Positions 25,940 to 39,850 of a stretch of DNA of 64,000 nt are shown here, piece by piece. Every line of letters begins with the position of its first letter. Positions within the stretch are counted from its first letter, which is position 1. The DNA lies in NCBI RefSeq assembly GCF_009914755.1, contig NC_060926.1, one strand, 5' to 3'. The notes beneath the pieces are model-generated. The model ran no database searches and was not told the origin of the DNA. It saw only the letters and a program-made list of their open reading frames with translations. This DNA is from the human T2T-CHM13v2.0 reference genome, Homo sapiens. The position numbers and the translations under genes are program-made.

Positions 25940-28680
25940 ACGCCGAGCTTCAGGTAACTCTCACAGTGGAAGGTAAGCCCGTCCCCTTCTTAATCAATAC
26001 GGATGCTACCCACTCCACATTACCTTCTTTTCAAGGGCCTGTTTCCCTTGCCTCCATAACTGTTGTGGGTATTGACAGCCAGGCTTCTAAACCTCTTAAA
26101 ACTCCCCAACTCTGGTGCCAACTTAGACAATACTCTTCTAAGCACTCCTTTTAATTATCCCCACCTGCCCAGTTCCCTTATTAGGCTGAGACACTTTAAC
26201 TAAATTATCTGCTTCCCTGACTATTCCTGGATTACAGCTACATCTCATTGCTGCCCTTCTTCCCAATCCAAAGCCTCCTTTGCGTCCTCCTCTTGTATCC
26301 CCCCACCTTAACCCACAAGTATAAGACACCTCTACTCCCTCTTTGGTGACCGATCACGCACCCCTTACCATCTCATTAAAACCCAATCACCCTTACCCTG
26401 CTCAATGCCAATATCCCATCCCGCAGCATGCTTTGAAAGGATTAAAGCCTGTTATCACTCGCCTGCTACAGCATGGCCTTTTAAAGCCTATAAACTCTCC
26501 TTACAATTCCCCCATTTTACCTGTCCTAAAACCAGACAAGCCTTACAAGTTCGTTTAGGATCTATGCCTTATCAACCAAATTGTTTTCCTAACCACCCCA
26601 TGGTGCCAAACCCATATACTCTCCTATCCTCAATACCTCCCTCCACAATCCATTATTCTGTTCTGGATCTCAAACATGCTTTCTTTACTATTCCTTTGCA
26701 CCCGTCATCCCAGCCTCTCTTCACTTTCATTTGGACTGACCCTGACACCCATCAGGCTCAGCAAATTACCTGGGCTGTACTGCCGCAAAGCTTCACAGAC
26801 AGCCCCCATTACTTCAGTCAAGCCCAAATTTCTTCCTCATCTGTTACCTATCTCATCATAACTCTCATAAAAACACACGTGCTCTCCCTGCCAATCGTGT
26901 CCGACTGATCTCTCAAACCCTAGCACCTTCTACAAAACAACATCTCCTTTCCTTCCTAGGCATGGTTATCGTGGTCAGAATTCTTACACACAAGAGCCAG
27001 TACCGCACCCTGTAGCCTTTCTGTCCAAACAACTTGACCTTACTGTTTTAGCCTAGCCCTCATGTCTGCGTGCAGTGGCTGCCGCTACTTTAATACTTTT
27101 AGAGGCCCTCAAAATCACAAACTATGCTCAACTCACTCTTTACAGTTCTCATAACTTCCAAAATCTATTTTCTTCCTCATACCTGACGCATATACTTTCT
27201 GCTTCCCGGCTCCTTCAGCTATACTCACTGTTTGTTGAGTCTCCCACAATTACCGTTGTTCCTGGCCCGAACTTCAATCCAGCCTCCCACATTATTCTGG
27301 ATACCACACCTGACCCTCATGATTGCATCTCTCTGATCCACCTGACGTTCACCCCATTTCCCCACATTTCCTTCTTCCCTGTTTCTCACCCTGATCACAC
27401 TTGGTTTATTGATGGCAGTTCCACCAGGCCTAATTGCCACTCACCAGCAAAGGCAGGCTATGCTATAGTATCTTCCACATCTATCATTGAGGCTACCACT
27501 CTGCCCCCCTCCACTACCTCTCAGCAAGCCAAACTAGTTGCCTTAACTCAAGCCCTCACTCTTGCAAAAGGACTACGCGTCAATATCTATACTGATTCTA
27601 AATATGCCTTTCATATTCTGCACCACCATGCGGTCATATGGGCTGAAAGAGGTTTTCTCACTGCACAAGGGTCCTCCATCATGAATGCCTCTTTAATAAT
27701 AACTCTACTCAAGGCCACTTTACTTCCAAAGGAAGCTGGGGTCATTCACTGTAAGGGGCATCAAAAGGCATCAGATCCCATTGCTCTAGGCAACGCTTGT
27801 GCTGATAAGGTGGCTAGACAAGCAGCTAGCTCTCCAACTTCTGTCCCTCACGGCCAGTTTTTCTCCTTCACATCGGTCACTCCCACCTACTCCCCTGCTG
27901 ACACTTCCACCTATCAGTCTCTTCTCACACAAGGCAAATGGTTCTTAGACCAAGGAAAACATATCCTTCCAGCCTCACAGGCCCATTCTATTCTGTCGTC
28001 ATTTCATAACCTCTTCCATGTAGGTTACAAGCCGCTAGCCCGTCTCTTAGAACCTCTCATTTCCTTTCCATCATAGAAATCTATCCTCAAGGAGATCACT
28101 GCTCAGTGTTCCATCTGCTATTCTACTACCCCTCATGGATTGTTCAGGCCTCCTCCCTTCCCTACACATCAAGCTCGAGGATTTGCCCCCACCCAGGACT
28201 GGCAAATTGACTTTACTCACATGCCTCGAGTCAGAAAACTAAAATATCTCTTAGTCTGGGTAGACACTTTGACTGGATAAGTAGAAGCCTTTCCTACAGG
28301 GTCTGAGAAGGCCACCGCAGTCATTTCTTCCCTTCTGTCAGACATAATTCCTCAGTTTAGCCTTCCCACCTCTGTACAGTCTGATAACAGACCAGCCTTT
28401 ATTAGTCAAATCAGCCAAGCAGTTTTTCAGGCTGTTAGTATTCAGTGAAACCTTTATATCCCTTACAGTCCTCAGTCTTCAGGAAAAGTAGAACAGACTA
28501 ATGGTCTTTTAAAAACACACCTCACCAAGCTCAGCCACCAACTTAAAAAGGACTGGACAATACTTTTACCACTTTCGCTTCTCAGAATTCAGGCCTGTCC
28601 TCGGAATGCTACAAGGTACAGCCCATTTAAGCTCCTGAATAAGACACTCCTTTTTATTAGGCCTCAGTCTCATTCCAGAC
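25940..28680 (+). pseudogene. pol: HERV-H pro-pol remnant (protease, deleted RT, RNase H, integrase)
   Basis: FLINTDATHS (protease); QYPIP, SPYNSPILPVLKP, VLDLKHAFF and LPQSFTDSP (RT, with the YxDD segment missing at about 26825); WFIDGSS, IYTDSKY and GNACADKVA (RNase H, ORF 27075-28076); WQIDFTH and QSDN (integrase). Confidence 0.92.
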
Positions 28681-29284
28681 ACCAGAGCAACTTAGACTGT
28701 GCCCCAAAAAACTTATCATCCTTACTATCTTCTGTCTAGTCATACTCCTATTCACTGTTCTCAGCTACTCATACATGCCCTGCTCTTGTTTACACTGCCA
28801 GTTTACACTGTTTCTCCAAGTCATCACAGCTGATATCTCCTGGTGCTATCCCCAAACTGCCACTCTAAACTCTTGAAGTAAATAAATAATCTTTGCTGGC
28901 AGGACTATGCTGAATCTCCTTAGGCACTCTCTAATCAGATGTCCTGGGTGCTCCCAAGTCTTAGACCTTTTATACCTGTTTTTCTCCTTCTCTTATTCCA
29001 TTTAGTTTTTCAATTCATACAAAACCATATCCAGGCCATCACCAATAATTCTACATGACAAATGTTTCTTCTAACAACCCCACAACATCACCCCTTACCA
29101 CAAAATCTTCCTTCAGTTTAATCTCTCCCACTCTAGGTTCCCACGCTGCCCCAATCCCGCTCGAAGCAGCCCTGAGAAATGTTGCCCATTCTCTCTCTCC
29201 ATACTACCCCCCAAAAATTTTTGCTGCCCCCACACTTCAACACTATTTTGTTTTATTTTTCTTATTAATATAAGAAGGCAGGAA

Positions 29285-29727
29285 TGTCAGGCCTCTGAGC
29301 CCAAGCCAAGCCATCGTATCCCCTGTGACTTGCATGTATATGCCGAGATGGCCTGAAGTAACAGAAGAATCACAAAAGAAATGAAAATGCCCTGCCCTGC
29401 CTTAACTGGTGATATTCCACCACAAAAGAAGTGTAAATGGCCGGTCCTTGCCTTATGTGATGACATTACCTTGTGAAAGTCTTTTTCCTGGCTCATCAAG
29501 CTCCCCCACTGAGCACCTTGCGACCCCCACTCCTGCCCACCAGAGAACAAACCCCCTTTGACTGTAATTTTCCTTTACCTGCCCAAATCTTACAAAATGG
29601 CCCCACCCCTATCTCCCTTCGCTGACTCTCTTTTCGGACTCAGCCCACCTGCACCCAGGTGAAATAAACAGCCATGTTGCTCACACAAAGCCTGTTTGGT
29701 GGTCTCTTCACACGGACGCGCATGAAA
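29285..29727 (+). promoter_or_regulatory. 3' LTR7 (443 bp) with poly(A) signal, preceded by the polypurine tract
   Basis: AAGAAGGCAGGAA immediately upstream; AATAAA at 29663-29668; TATA box changed to TACAAAA. Confidence 0.93.
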
Positions 29728-31478
29728 GTATCTATGCATTTATAGTGCATGTTAAACCTCATGCTATTTTAAGCAAAAAACTAATGTCTCTTTGAGTGAC
29801 CACTAAAAGGACCATTTTGGCTATGTTTATAAATTCTGGTAACTTGTGCCAAATCTATCAAGTTTGCCAAAAAAAAAAAAAAAAAAAAAATTTACTATAC
29901 TTATTCAGATCTTTCCCTACAGTTTCAATAAACATATAAAGTTAATAGATGATGAAATATAAATTGCAATCCAATATAAACAGTAAGACTCAGAAGAAAG
30001 ATCATTAAGAAAAAGTACCTCCAAAGAAGAACTTCAGGAGAACTAGATGATGCAGGTATATTCAAAGAAAGAATGTGATGAGAGGACCAGTTAAACAATG
30101 GTATTTCTAATCTTCCCATCAATATTATCATTTGTTTGGATTAGTTCTATATTTATATTATATCTTTGTTTATATTTTATGTTTTCCTTATTAAATACTG
30201 TTGAAGATTAAAATAAAAGGATATGATCGTATCACTTAAATTTCTAGAAAAGCAATCTGAACTCCAGATATTTTGGTCAAGAGATCACTCTCCTTCCTGT
30301 AGTTAGATTTGGCCAATTCAAAGAACCAATTAAACCATATATTCTTGGGTTTTCATGAAGCTGGGTTTATTTGCAAATCCCCTCCCCCCTTCTGGGAGGT
30401 AAAGGACAGGAAATGAAAAGGTTATTTTCTGCTTGGAAGGTCTTGTAAGAAGAACTTGGTAGTTTCACACAGAGGTGCCCCATTCATAATCACAACACCT
30501 AACAATGAACTAGCTGTTCAAAGCTGTTTTAAATTCAAATGAGAAGATTAACGAACATCTCCAAAGCATTCCTAACCCCCAATCTCTTTTAAAAATTAAT
30601 TGTTTTCAAAACCCCTCCTTATGTTTCTCTAGCAAACAGCTGCACAAGATAAACAAAGTGAACAATCATACAGTATAGAATGCTCTGTGCAGAGCCTAAA
30701 TAAAGCAAGCTACAAAATTGATGAATTCCTTCACAAACCATTTCTAACACATAATGCAGGACAAGCGGAAATCAGACCATGTGTTACACCACAAACTCCC
30801 TTAGCTGTGCAAATCATTAGAATTTGATCTTGATCCCAGGGTGTTTACAATCGTGTGATATAGTCTTTCCACCATATTACTCAAACTATCCTTGTGTTAT
30901 ATACTTTGTATACTATGTCCGCTTTGACTACTCATGCAAGGTATAGCATGATAAATTGGAGAAATTTAATTGCAATTGGGCGTAATTGATTCAAAATTTT
31001 CTAATAAACTCAAATGAATGATAATTTCCTGATACATTCTTTCTTTTTTAAATCAGCAGTGAGAGAAGCATATTCCTAATACATTCTAAATGAGGCATGT
31101 TATTACAGCTGAATTATTACAAAAGACTTCCTTACATGTAGTCATACTGGCCTGAAACAGCAAGGAATCTGTAGCTCACTAATAAATGCATGGTAATCAC
31201 ATGTTTTCTTATTTTCTAGATGACTTCATGGATTATTTAATTTTAAATGTACTCTACACTTAAAGGTGATTGAAAGCCAAATACTGCAAGAATCTTGGAA
31301 CAATTCACTCTATGGTTGATGTTCTGTGGTTACTTATAGTGGGATGTTTAGACATATCTGAGAAATCTAGAAAACAGGAAACCTTATTGAAACTGTAATT
31401 TCTCTTGGCTTGAAACAATCAAACTACAAAACTCAGTGCTGTTTGAGATAGTACTTATAAGCTAAAAGAGCCCTTCCA

Positions 31479-31808
<330 letters not shown>

Positions 31809-32179
31809 TTAGTCATATACTTACTATTTTTCTTTCTCTTGTCATTCTTTTTTATTTTTTCATCTACTTATTTAGCTCTTTATCATTTTTTCCTCCTCTT
31901 GTGACTATGTCTTAAGATCACCTGCCAGAGAATTCTCAAGCATGATAGTCTCTCTTGTGGCCATCTTCACTACATTCCGTTCAATTCGAACCTTCTAGAC
32001 CTGACTACAGTTTGGCACTACTGCTGTAGCTTAAATACTAATGACAATTCTAGGTTCTTTGGCTTATTGAGCCTTCCAGGACAGTCTCAGTTATTCCAAG
32101 AAAATGCTCCAGTTAGTGCCTGTTTCCTCAACCCAGTCCTAAAAAATCTGGACAGGAATGTATTGGAGAACAATTTCTA

Positions 32180-32470
32180 TTTAATAGGCATATCTATAGA
32201 GACAGAAAGTAGATTAGTGGTTGATTGGGTCTGGGGGGTGGGAACTGAAAGGGTTGGGAGGAAATGGGGAATCTGCTAATGGGTATGGATTTGGAGAGGG
32301 AGGTGGTAAGAATGTCCTAAAATTAATTGTAGTGATTGTTGTACAACTCTGAGAATATACCAAAAATTATTAATTTTATACTTTCACAGGGTCAATTTTA
32401 TGGTAAGTGAATTGCATCTCAATGAAGCTGTTATTTAAAGAAAAAAAAGAAAAGAAAAGAGAAAAAGAAT
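32180..32470 (+). mobile_element. Old L1MB/ME 3'UTR end
   Basis: ctatagagacagaaagtagattagtggttg...gtgaattgcatctcaatgaagctg plus an A-rich tail. Confidence 0.8.
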
Positions 32471-32633
32471 GAAAACAGGAAAACCAGTTAGGAAGTGACG
32501 GCACTAGTCCAAGCACACCAGGGGGCTAGTAGCAAAGCCCTTGATCAAATACCCTCTTGGAGCACACCCTATCGTGTCATAAGATGATCTCCAACCTGGT
32601 CTCTGCTTTACCATGCTACTTTAAGAAAACCCC

Positions 32634-33014
32634 TGTATTCATTTTCTAGGGCAACTGCAACAAAGTACCACAGGCTGGGTGGTTTAAACAACAGAAATTT
32701 CTTTCCTCACAATTCTGGAAACAAGAAGTCTGAGATCAAGGAGTCAACAGAGCTGGTTTCTTCTGAGAGCCCTCTCATTGGCTTATTGATAGCTGTCTTC
32801 TTGTGTCTTAAAATTATCTTCCTTCTGTACATCTTTGTCCTAATCTCCTTTTCTTATATTTAAGAACACCAGTCATCTTAGGGCCCACTCTAAAGACCTC
32901 ATTTTAGTCTAATTACCTCTTTAAAGGAGCTGTCTCTAAATAGTTATGTTCTGAGGTACTGGGGATTAGGACTTCAACATATGAATTTTGAAGGGGCACA
33001 ATTTAGCTCATAAT
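32634..33014 (-). mobile_element. MLT1 (B/C-like) MaLR LTR
   Basis: acaaagtaccacaggctgggtggtttaaacaacagaaattt...ggattaggacttcaacatatgaatttt. Confidence 0.85.
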
Positions 33015-33019
33015 ACTAC

Positions 33020-33055
33020 TGTATTAGGGTTTTCTAGAGTAACAGAATTAATAGG

Positions 33056-33118
<63 letters not shown>

Positions 33119-33501
33119 AAGGGGAGGTTAGTAAGTATTAACTTACATGATCACAAGGTCCCACAATAGGCTGTCTGCAAGCTTGAGAGGCAAGGAGAGC
33201 CAGTCTAAATCTCAAAACTGAAGATTGGAGTCTGATGTTCGATGACAGGAAGCATCCAGCACGGGAGAAAGATGTAGGCTGGGAGACTAAGCCAGTCTCG
33301 CCTTTTCACATTCTTCTGCCTACTTTATATTCACTGGCACCTGATTAGATGGTGCTCATCCAGATTAAGGGTGGGTCTGCCTGCCCCAGCCCATTGATGC
33401 AAATGTTAATTTCCTTTGGCAACACCCTCACAGAAGCACCCAGGATTAATACTTTGCATCCTTCAGTCCAATCAAGTTGACACTCAGTATTAATCATCAC
33501 A
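33020..33501 (-). mobile_element. MLT2A1-like (HERV-L) solo LTR with internal (TA)n(CA)n
   Basis: tgtattagggttttctagag...caagttgacactcagtattaatcatcaca; TSD ACTAC/ACCAC. Confidence 0.88.
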
Positions 33502-34157
33502 ACCACCCCACTTCTCCTGTACTAGGACTGCTAACTCAGAAACTGTCCATTCTACTGTAGCATCTGACGCTTCCAAATCTTAGATGATCATGCTGCTCGG
33601 GACCTCAGCCAGCAGAGATTAAAAGAGCTCACCAACCTCATTTTAGCCATGAGCTGTGGTCCACTTTTTTTTTTCACATAGCCTGGAAGACTTCCCAGCA
33701 TATTTTGAATTTACAAAATAAACAAGGTAAAATATTAGGCTTCAAGAATTCATTAAATTATTCAACATGCATTTACTGTCTCTTACTCTAGGATCCTTGA
33801 ACTAGATGTCAGGGAAACAAATGGGCTACGTAATTAGACACATTGAGACACATTGTGCCCAGACAGAGAGGCAATAACTCCATGTCATTCTTTGCCTAGC
33901 AGAGCACATAAAACTGTTGTGCTATGGTGTGGGTGTCAATTTGGAGGAGAAACAAACAACCAGCACTATGTCCAGTAAGAGCCATGAAGACTGGCTGAAT
34001 TAAATAAAATGTTTTCTTGGGTGGCATAGACTGCTAGCTGCCTCCAATATCCATTCTCCTCTTCTTTGGTAAGAAAACCATAACTTGAGTTGTACACATG
34101 GCTACCCAAAGAAAGACTACACTTCTCAAAGTCTCTTGTGACAAGTGTCACATTTCT

Positions 34158-34421
<264 letters not shown>

Positions 34422-34520
34422 TGTCACATTTCTGTGCAACCACTGGAGAAATCACAGTGTTGGCTAACACATATTGAGCTCTCACTAATTGCTAGTTACA
34501 ATTCTAAGTATTTTACATGC

Positions 34521-34669
34521 TTATTTTATTTATTTATTTATTTATTTTTATTATTTATTTTAATACAGATGAGCTCTAACTATGATCTTGAACACCTGGG
34601 CTCAAACAGTCTTCCCACCTCAGCTTCCCAGAGTGCTGGGATTACAGGCGTGAGCCACCGCACCCAGCA
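34521..34669 (-). mobile_element. FLAM / Alu left-monomer fragment with (TTTA)n tail
   Basis: cctgggctcaaacagtcttcccacctcagc...gagccaccgcacccagc. Confidence 0.8.
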
Positions 34670-36157
34670 CTGACAGCTTTCTTAAAACAGGTTATATGCA
34701 CGATTCATCTCTGCATTCTCACACACCTCTTGTGGTGCCTAGCAAACAGTAGTAGCAAACAAATTTATTTAAATAAATGGATTTACACATGTCTGGGATG
34801 CCTGCAATGTGACAAGCTCACTGAAGCCTACGAATGATTGCATCTTCCTCTTTAAACTGTTTTGTTTTTTAATAGAAAAAACTTCAATTTTGCCAACTCT
34901 TCCCCATTTTAATTGTTAGTTTGAGCTCCTTCTTTCACATCCTCCATTTGACAAATTAGTATCGACATCTTGCAAAGTCTGATGATACCTTTTTAACTTT
35001 TTTCTTCTTTTTTATATACAAGTCAAGTCTTCTGGGGTTTTTTATTGGTAGTTTTCTATTATTCTATTTTAGTAGAGACTATGTTATTTTAATTTTTACT
35101 ATTATATATGTGTGTGTGTGTGTGTGTATAGTGTTACCGCTCTTTTAAAATTTGTTTAGCAGGCTTTCCAATTTTTGCCAGAAAGCTCCCTGAAAAATAA
35201 AAAATAAAGAATATATATATATATATATATACACACATACACATATATTTGAAGATCAAAAGAAATATGTAAATAATTCTTTTCAGCATATACTGTAAAT
35301 ATTTGGCCGACCATATCCCAGTTGAAATTCTTACATGAATTCAATAGCTATTGACCATTATAAACCCAGGGAAATCATATTGTTCTATGTGGCTGGTTGT
35401 TAGAAAGGACCTAAGGAGAGCTTTAACTAAGAGGCCAGGGACATTACTATGCATTTGTCTATTTAACCTTGATTCAAGCAATAAGAGCATTGTGAACATT
35501 TCTATGGAAGCTCAACCACCCAACATAAAGCCTAGTAAGATAATAATAAAAATCCTCATCCACCTCCTCAGGCCTCTTAACACCTGCCACCCAGTGAAGA
35601 TTCCTGCGGTACTCGACTCCTAACTCCCTCCTCGCACATTTATTGTTACTTATGACAAGGTCCATGAATCACTGTAAAGACGCTGCCCACCCTTTAATAT
35701 CCTGCACAACCCTAAATTGTGCACAGCTGAGCCATCAGCAGCTAAGGAAGAGGTTCAAAGAATAGCTATTCATGGTATAGCCACAAGATACAACGTGGAG
35801 ACCAAAGGGCATCAAAAGAAAGACTCAAAGAGCAGAATGTTGCAGCGAGGCAGAGGCTTTTGAGAGAAAAGGAAACTTTGAGATGGCAGTTTTACAAGGG
35901 ATTGAGACAAGTGAGCCTGTTTACGTACACAGGATGGCTCCCTTTAATTAGTGGTCTTAGCAGGAAGAATTTGTGATGCTACAGACATCACAAAGGGCAG
36001 GTAATATTCTGATACATCTCTTCAGCACTCTGAAATCCTTGAAGTATCCAACTAGAGAAACAACTTTTTTTTAAAAAGAAAGGGAGAAAGAAAGAAAGAA
36101 AATCCAGTTTATCAGACTGACTTTCTAGCAGTCTGAGTTCACCCAGATGCAGTTTAA

Positions 36158-36513
<356 letters not shown>

Positions 36514-37430
36514 TGCTTCTACTTTTAATTCCATGCAATATTGTATATCTGAGGAACACAAAGTAGATGTTTAATGATAATAGTATTGGAATTACACTCT
36601 TCCTTCAAAATATGTACATGCCAAGTCAAAGCCTGAGTATAAGTTAAGCAGATGCCTAAATTCGTGTGACTTTACATGCAGTCCACTAAACATATAACCA
36701 ATAATTTTAGTCACAAAAATAGAAATCTCTTTTATTTTTATTACATTTTACAGTTTACAAAGCACTTTGAGCAGACAGTGAGTTTCATTTATGAAACAAT
36801 CTTTGAAAACACATGTTTCTTATAGAAATAACTTGGAAAAATTTAAAGATAATTAAAAGCACTTTAACATCCTCCACACACACACACACACACAAAAAAA
36901 AAAACCCTACAATAAAATTTTGCTAAATTTCTTTTCAGGGATATCCTCTATAATTTATTTATACCCTACTTTGTTCCAGAAAGGATTTAAAGTGGTTTAC
37001 AATGAAATACAGTTATAGCAAAATAAATTAAAAACTGTTGAGAATTTAAAAGAAAATAACAAGGATAGAAAAGGGGATTGAAATAAAACTAATTTTTTTA
37101 AAATCAAAAGGCAGATGATGACAATGTTCATACCTGCCACCAGCCTGTCACAGTTTTAGCATCTAATGCAAAGCAGTAAGATTGCTCAGTTACACAATTT
37201 ACTTAAGTGGCCATTGAGGAAGGGGGACAAACAAACAAATTTCTCAACAAAACATAGCTTTTCCTTATGTTCCTTATATTTTTTTCAGATGGTCTTTATA
37301 AACATGCAATGAAGGACATGTACCAATCTTATGGTAGATTTGACCATGAGATTCAAAAAGCTGTTTCTTACAGGGCTCTTCAGTATAGGCTAAGTCTATT
37401 CCACACATATACACACACAAACTATATTTA

Positions 37431-37761
37431 TAGTCATGCACCACATAAGATGTTTCGGTCAATGACAGACTGTGTATATGATGATGGTCTCATAAGATTA
37501 TAATATTTTTACTGCATCTTTTCTATGTTTAGATACACAAATACTTACCATTGTGTTATACTTGCCTACAGCATTCATCATAGTCACATGCTGTACAAGA
37601 TTGTAGCTTAGAACAACAGCCTACATCATATAGCCTAGGTGTGTAGTAGGCTACACCACCTAGGGTTGTGTAAGTACACTCCATGATGTTCATACATGAC
37701 AAATTCTCATAATGATGCATTTTTCAGAATGTTTTCCATTCACTAAGCGATGCATGATGAC
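37431..37761 (-). mobile_element. Tigger3a-like short Tigger
   Basis: Same termini and right-hand body as the element at 16949-18765 (gcctaggtgtgtagtaggct, gtaagtacactccatgatgttc), with the centre absent. Confidence 0.85.
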
Positions 37762-38279
37762 TCTTACACATATATATTTGATTTGATTATTAAGTAAAGT
37801 ATATAAGATACACATATATTACATATATGTATATACACATACTTTGCTTACTTAATAATCCATTATATCGAGCATTTATACTCTAGTTTTTCACTATTTT
37901 AACACGGGGATACATGTCTTTACATATAACTATATCTATCTCTGCTTCTTTAGGAATGATTTCTAGAAGTGGAAATGGGAACTGAAAGGTATGAATATGT
38001 CAAAGTCTCTCCCCATATTCTGCCAAAATACTAGCCAAGAAATGCTGAAACCAATGTATGCTTCCATCAGTAGACTACGAGAGTGTTCAAGTTGATAGTC
38101 CTCTTAATATTACCGGTTTTTAAAATTACTGCCAAAATAAGAAGCAAAAAAAAAAGGAATAGATTGTGGTTCTCTTTGGCATATGTTAAAATATTTTCAC
38201 AAATGTAAAGAATAAATTTTATTTATAATTTATGGTGTGGTGTTTTTTTTGGTTTGGTTGGGTTGTTTAATTTTTCTCA

Positions 38280-38390
38280 CCCTCTAGACTATAAGCTTTG
38301 TGAAGACAAGTATCACACATCACAGAGCCTAGAACAAGTCCTGGCACATAACTGGCAGTTAAAATTATTCACTGCATGAATAAATGATTA
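38280..38390 (+). mobile_element. L2 3' end
   Basis: ctagactataagct...cctggcacataa...tgaataaatga. Confidence 0.7.
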
Positions 38391-38442
38391 TATTTTTATA
38401 TACATAAGCTTTTGTTTATTAACATTTTTGCTTGCCTTGAAA

Positions 38443-39188
38443 TGACAAAGATTTTTGTCCTTGACCAAACTCTAGCCAACTTCCTCTGAGCCCTCTTCTC
38501 AATAGGCCTCTATAGGCCTCAACCTTGGGCCTAAAGAAACTACAGACTCTCAACACAAATTATTTCATCCATCCTTCTGCCCCAACATTAAAGACTTAAG
38601 CAAACACTGGTGTGGTTTTTAAGAGCTCAAGCCTGCATCCCTAGATGACCCTGGCCCCGCTTTAAAGTGCCTGTCCCCTTTAAAGAACAATTTACTGCTT
38701 TTTCTAGCCGATACTCAACTATAGCAACCTTTCTTAGAGCATTTACTCGAAATGGCTTGAAATTGTAATCTTTCCTCTGTCCCTTTGAGATGTATGTTAA
38801 TCTATTTCTCAAGAGTGCCTTTTTCTCAAAGACCTAAAACCCAATCCTTTAAAAAGTAGAAGGATAGGGCCTCTGCTTCACAGGCTCTGTGGGAGAATAG
38901 AATCTTACCTTAGATAATTCCAGCTAACAGATATAGCTGGTCTAGTCGGCCTTTATACTGACTGATCCTTTGTAATTTCTCACTTCTCTGACTCTACTGA
39001 GCCCCCTGCTCATTCTCCTCCTCCTCCCCATTCCCTCATTTTTCTGTCAAAACACCCAGTCACCTTCACATAAATCAAAGTTGAGTTCAGTTTACCATAG
39101 ACCTTATTCTCTAATGCAATTGTATATTACAGATTAAGATCTGTCCCTACTGCTTTAACTAGTGTCCGCCTTTCTTTTATTTTTGATA
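38443..39188 (+). mobile_element. ERV1 solo LTR, MER67/MER31-like
   Basis: Starts tgacaaag...ccttgaccaaactctag...ctctgagccctcttctc and ends tttgata; subfamily uncertain. Confidence 0.65.
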
Positions 39189-39639
39189 GGAACTCATCCT
39201 TGTCCTCTCTATCATTTAAGGTATTATTTAGGTGAACCAAATGTTCTAACAAAACTAGTTACATATTTGCAAAGAATTTAATGACAAGAATGCCAATCAA
39301 CTGGTGTTTGTGTATATGTGCTTAGATTTTTTTTTCTTACATACCCCTGGAAGCATTAGGCTTATATGGTTATAATCTGAATAACATGTTAAATAACTGT
39401 TTGCAAGTATAAAATCCCATGGGCCATTAAAAGCTATAACATCTTTTAGCATGTGCCTAAAACTTTACTATCAGTCTCATAATTTGTGCCAAAAAATTTA
39501 TCTTTTCCAATTGAAAAAGTATCAAATCTTCTGACCACCTTTTTAATGGTTTTCCATTAATGGTCATTGTCTTGTACATCTGTCTCTGTGTTTCAGAAGT
39601 CCACAGGTAAATAGTAATTATGGCTACCATTAAAGTGTA

Positions 39640-39850
39640 CTGGCAGAGTATCAGGCTTGTGTAAGATGCTCCAATTCACTTCCCCTCAAAACTTGACAAT
39701 AGCACAATAAAATTGACACTTCTAAAGGTGAGAAAACTGAGACTCAAAGAGGTTAAACAAATTGCCAAAGATCACAGAGCCTGTAAATAATGGAACCATG
39801 ATTTGAACCATCAACTGTTTGACTTCAAAGTCTGTGTTCTTTCCACGATG
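39640..39850 (-). mobile_element. MIR
   Basis: ggtgagaaaactgagactcaaagaggttaaac...aagatcacag. Confidence 0.75.

Larger units (their letters stand above)
23419..29727 (+). mobile_element. HERV-H provirus with two LTR7s; the common internally deleted, env-less form
   Basis: Matching LTRs TGTCAGGCCTCTGAGCCCAAG...TGAAA, a perfect 5-bp TSD GTATC (23414-23418 and 29728-29732), a His-tRNA PBS, gag/pro/pol remnants and a polypurine tract. Confidence 0.97.

Noticed and set aside
28680-29284. Possible env gene
   Set aside because: Only about 600 bp remain between integrase and the PPT, with no env ORF; typical deleted HERV-H.
36945-37400. Possible ancient LINE (L4/CR1-like) 3' end
   Set aside because: The resemblance is too weak to name without an HMM search.
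39580-39612. Possible 10-nt micro-exon (tttcag|aagtccacag|gtaaat)
   Set aside because: Not frame-preserving, weak donor, and no host gene context visible.
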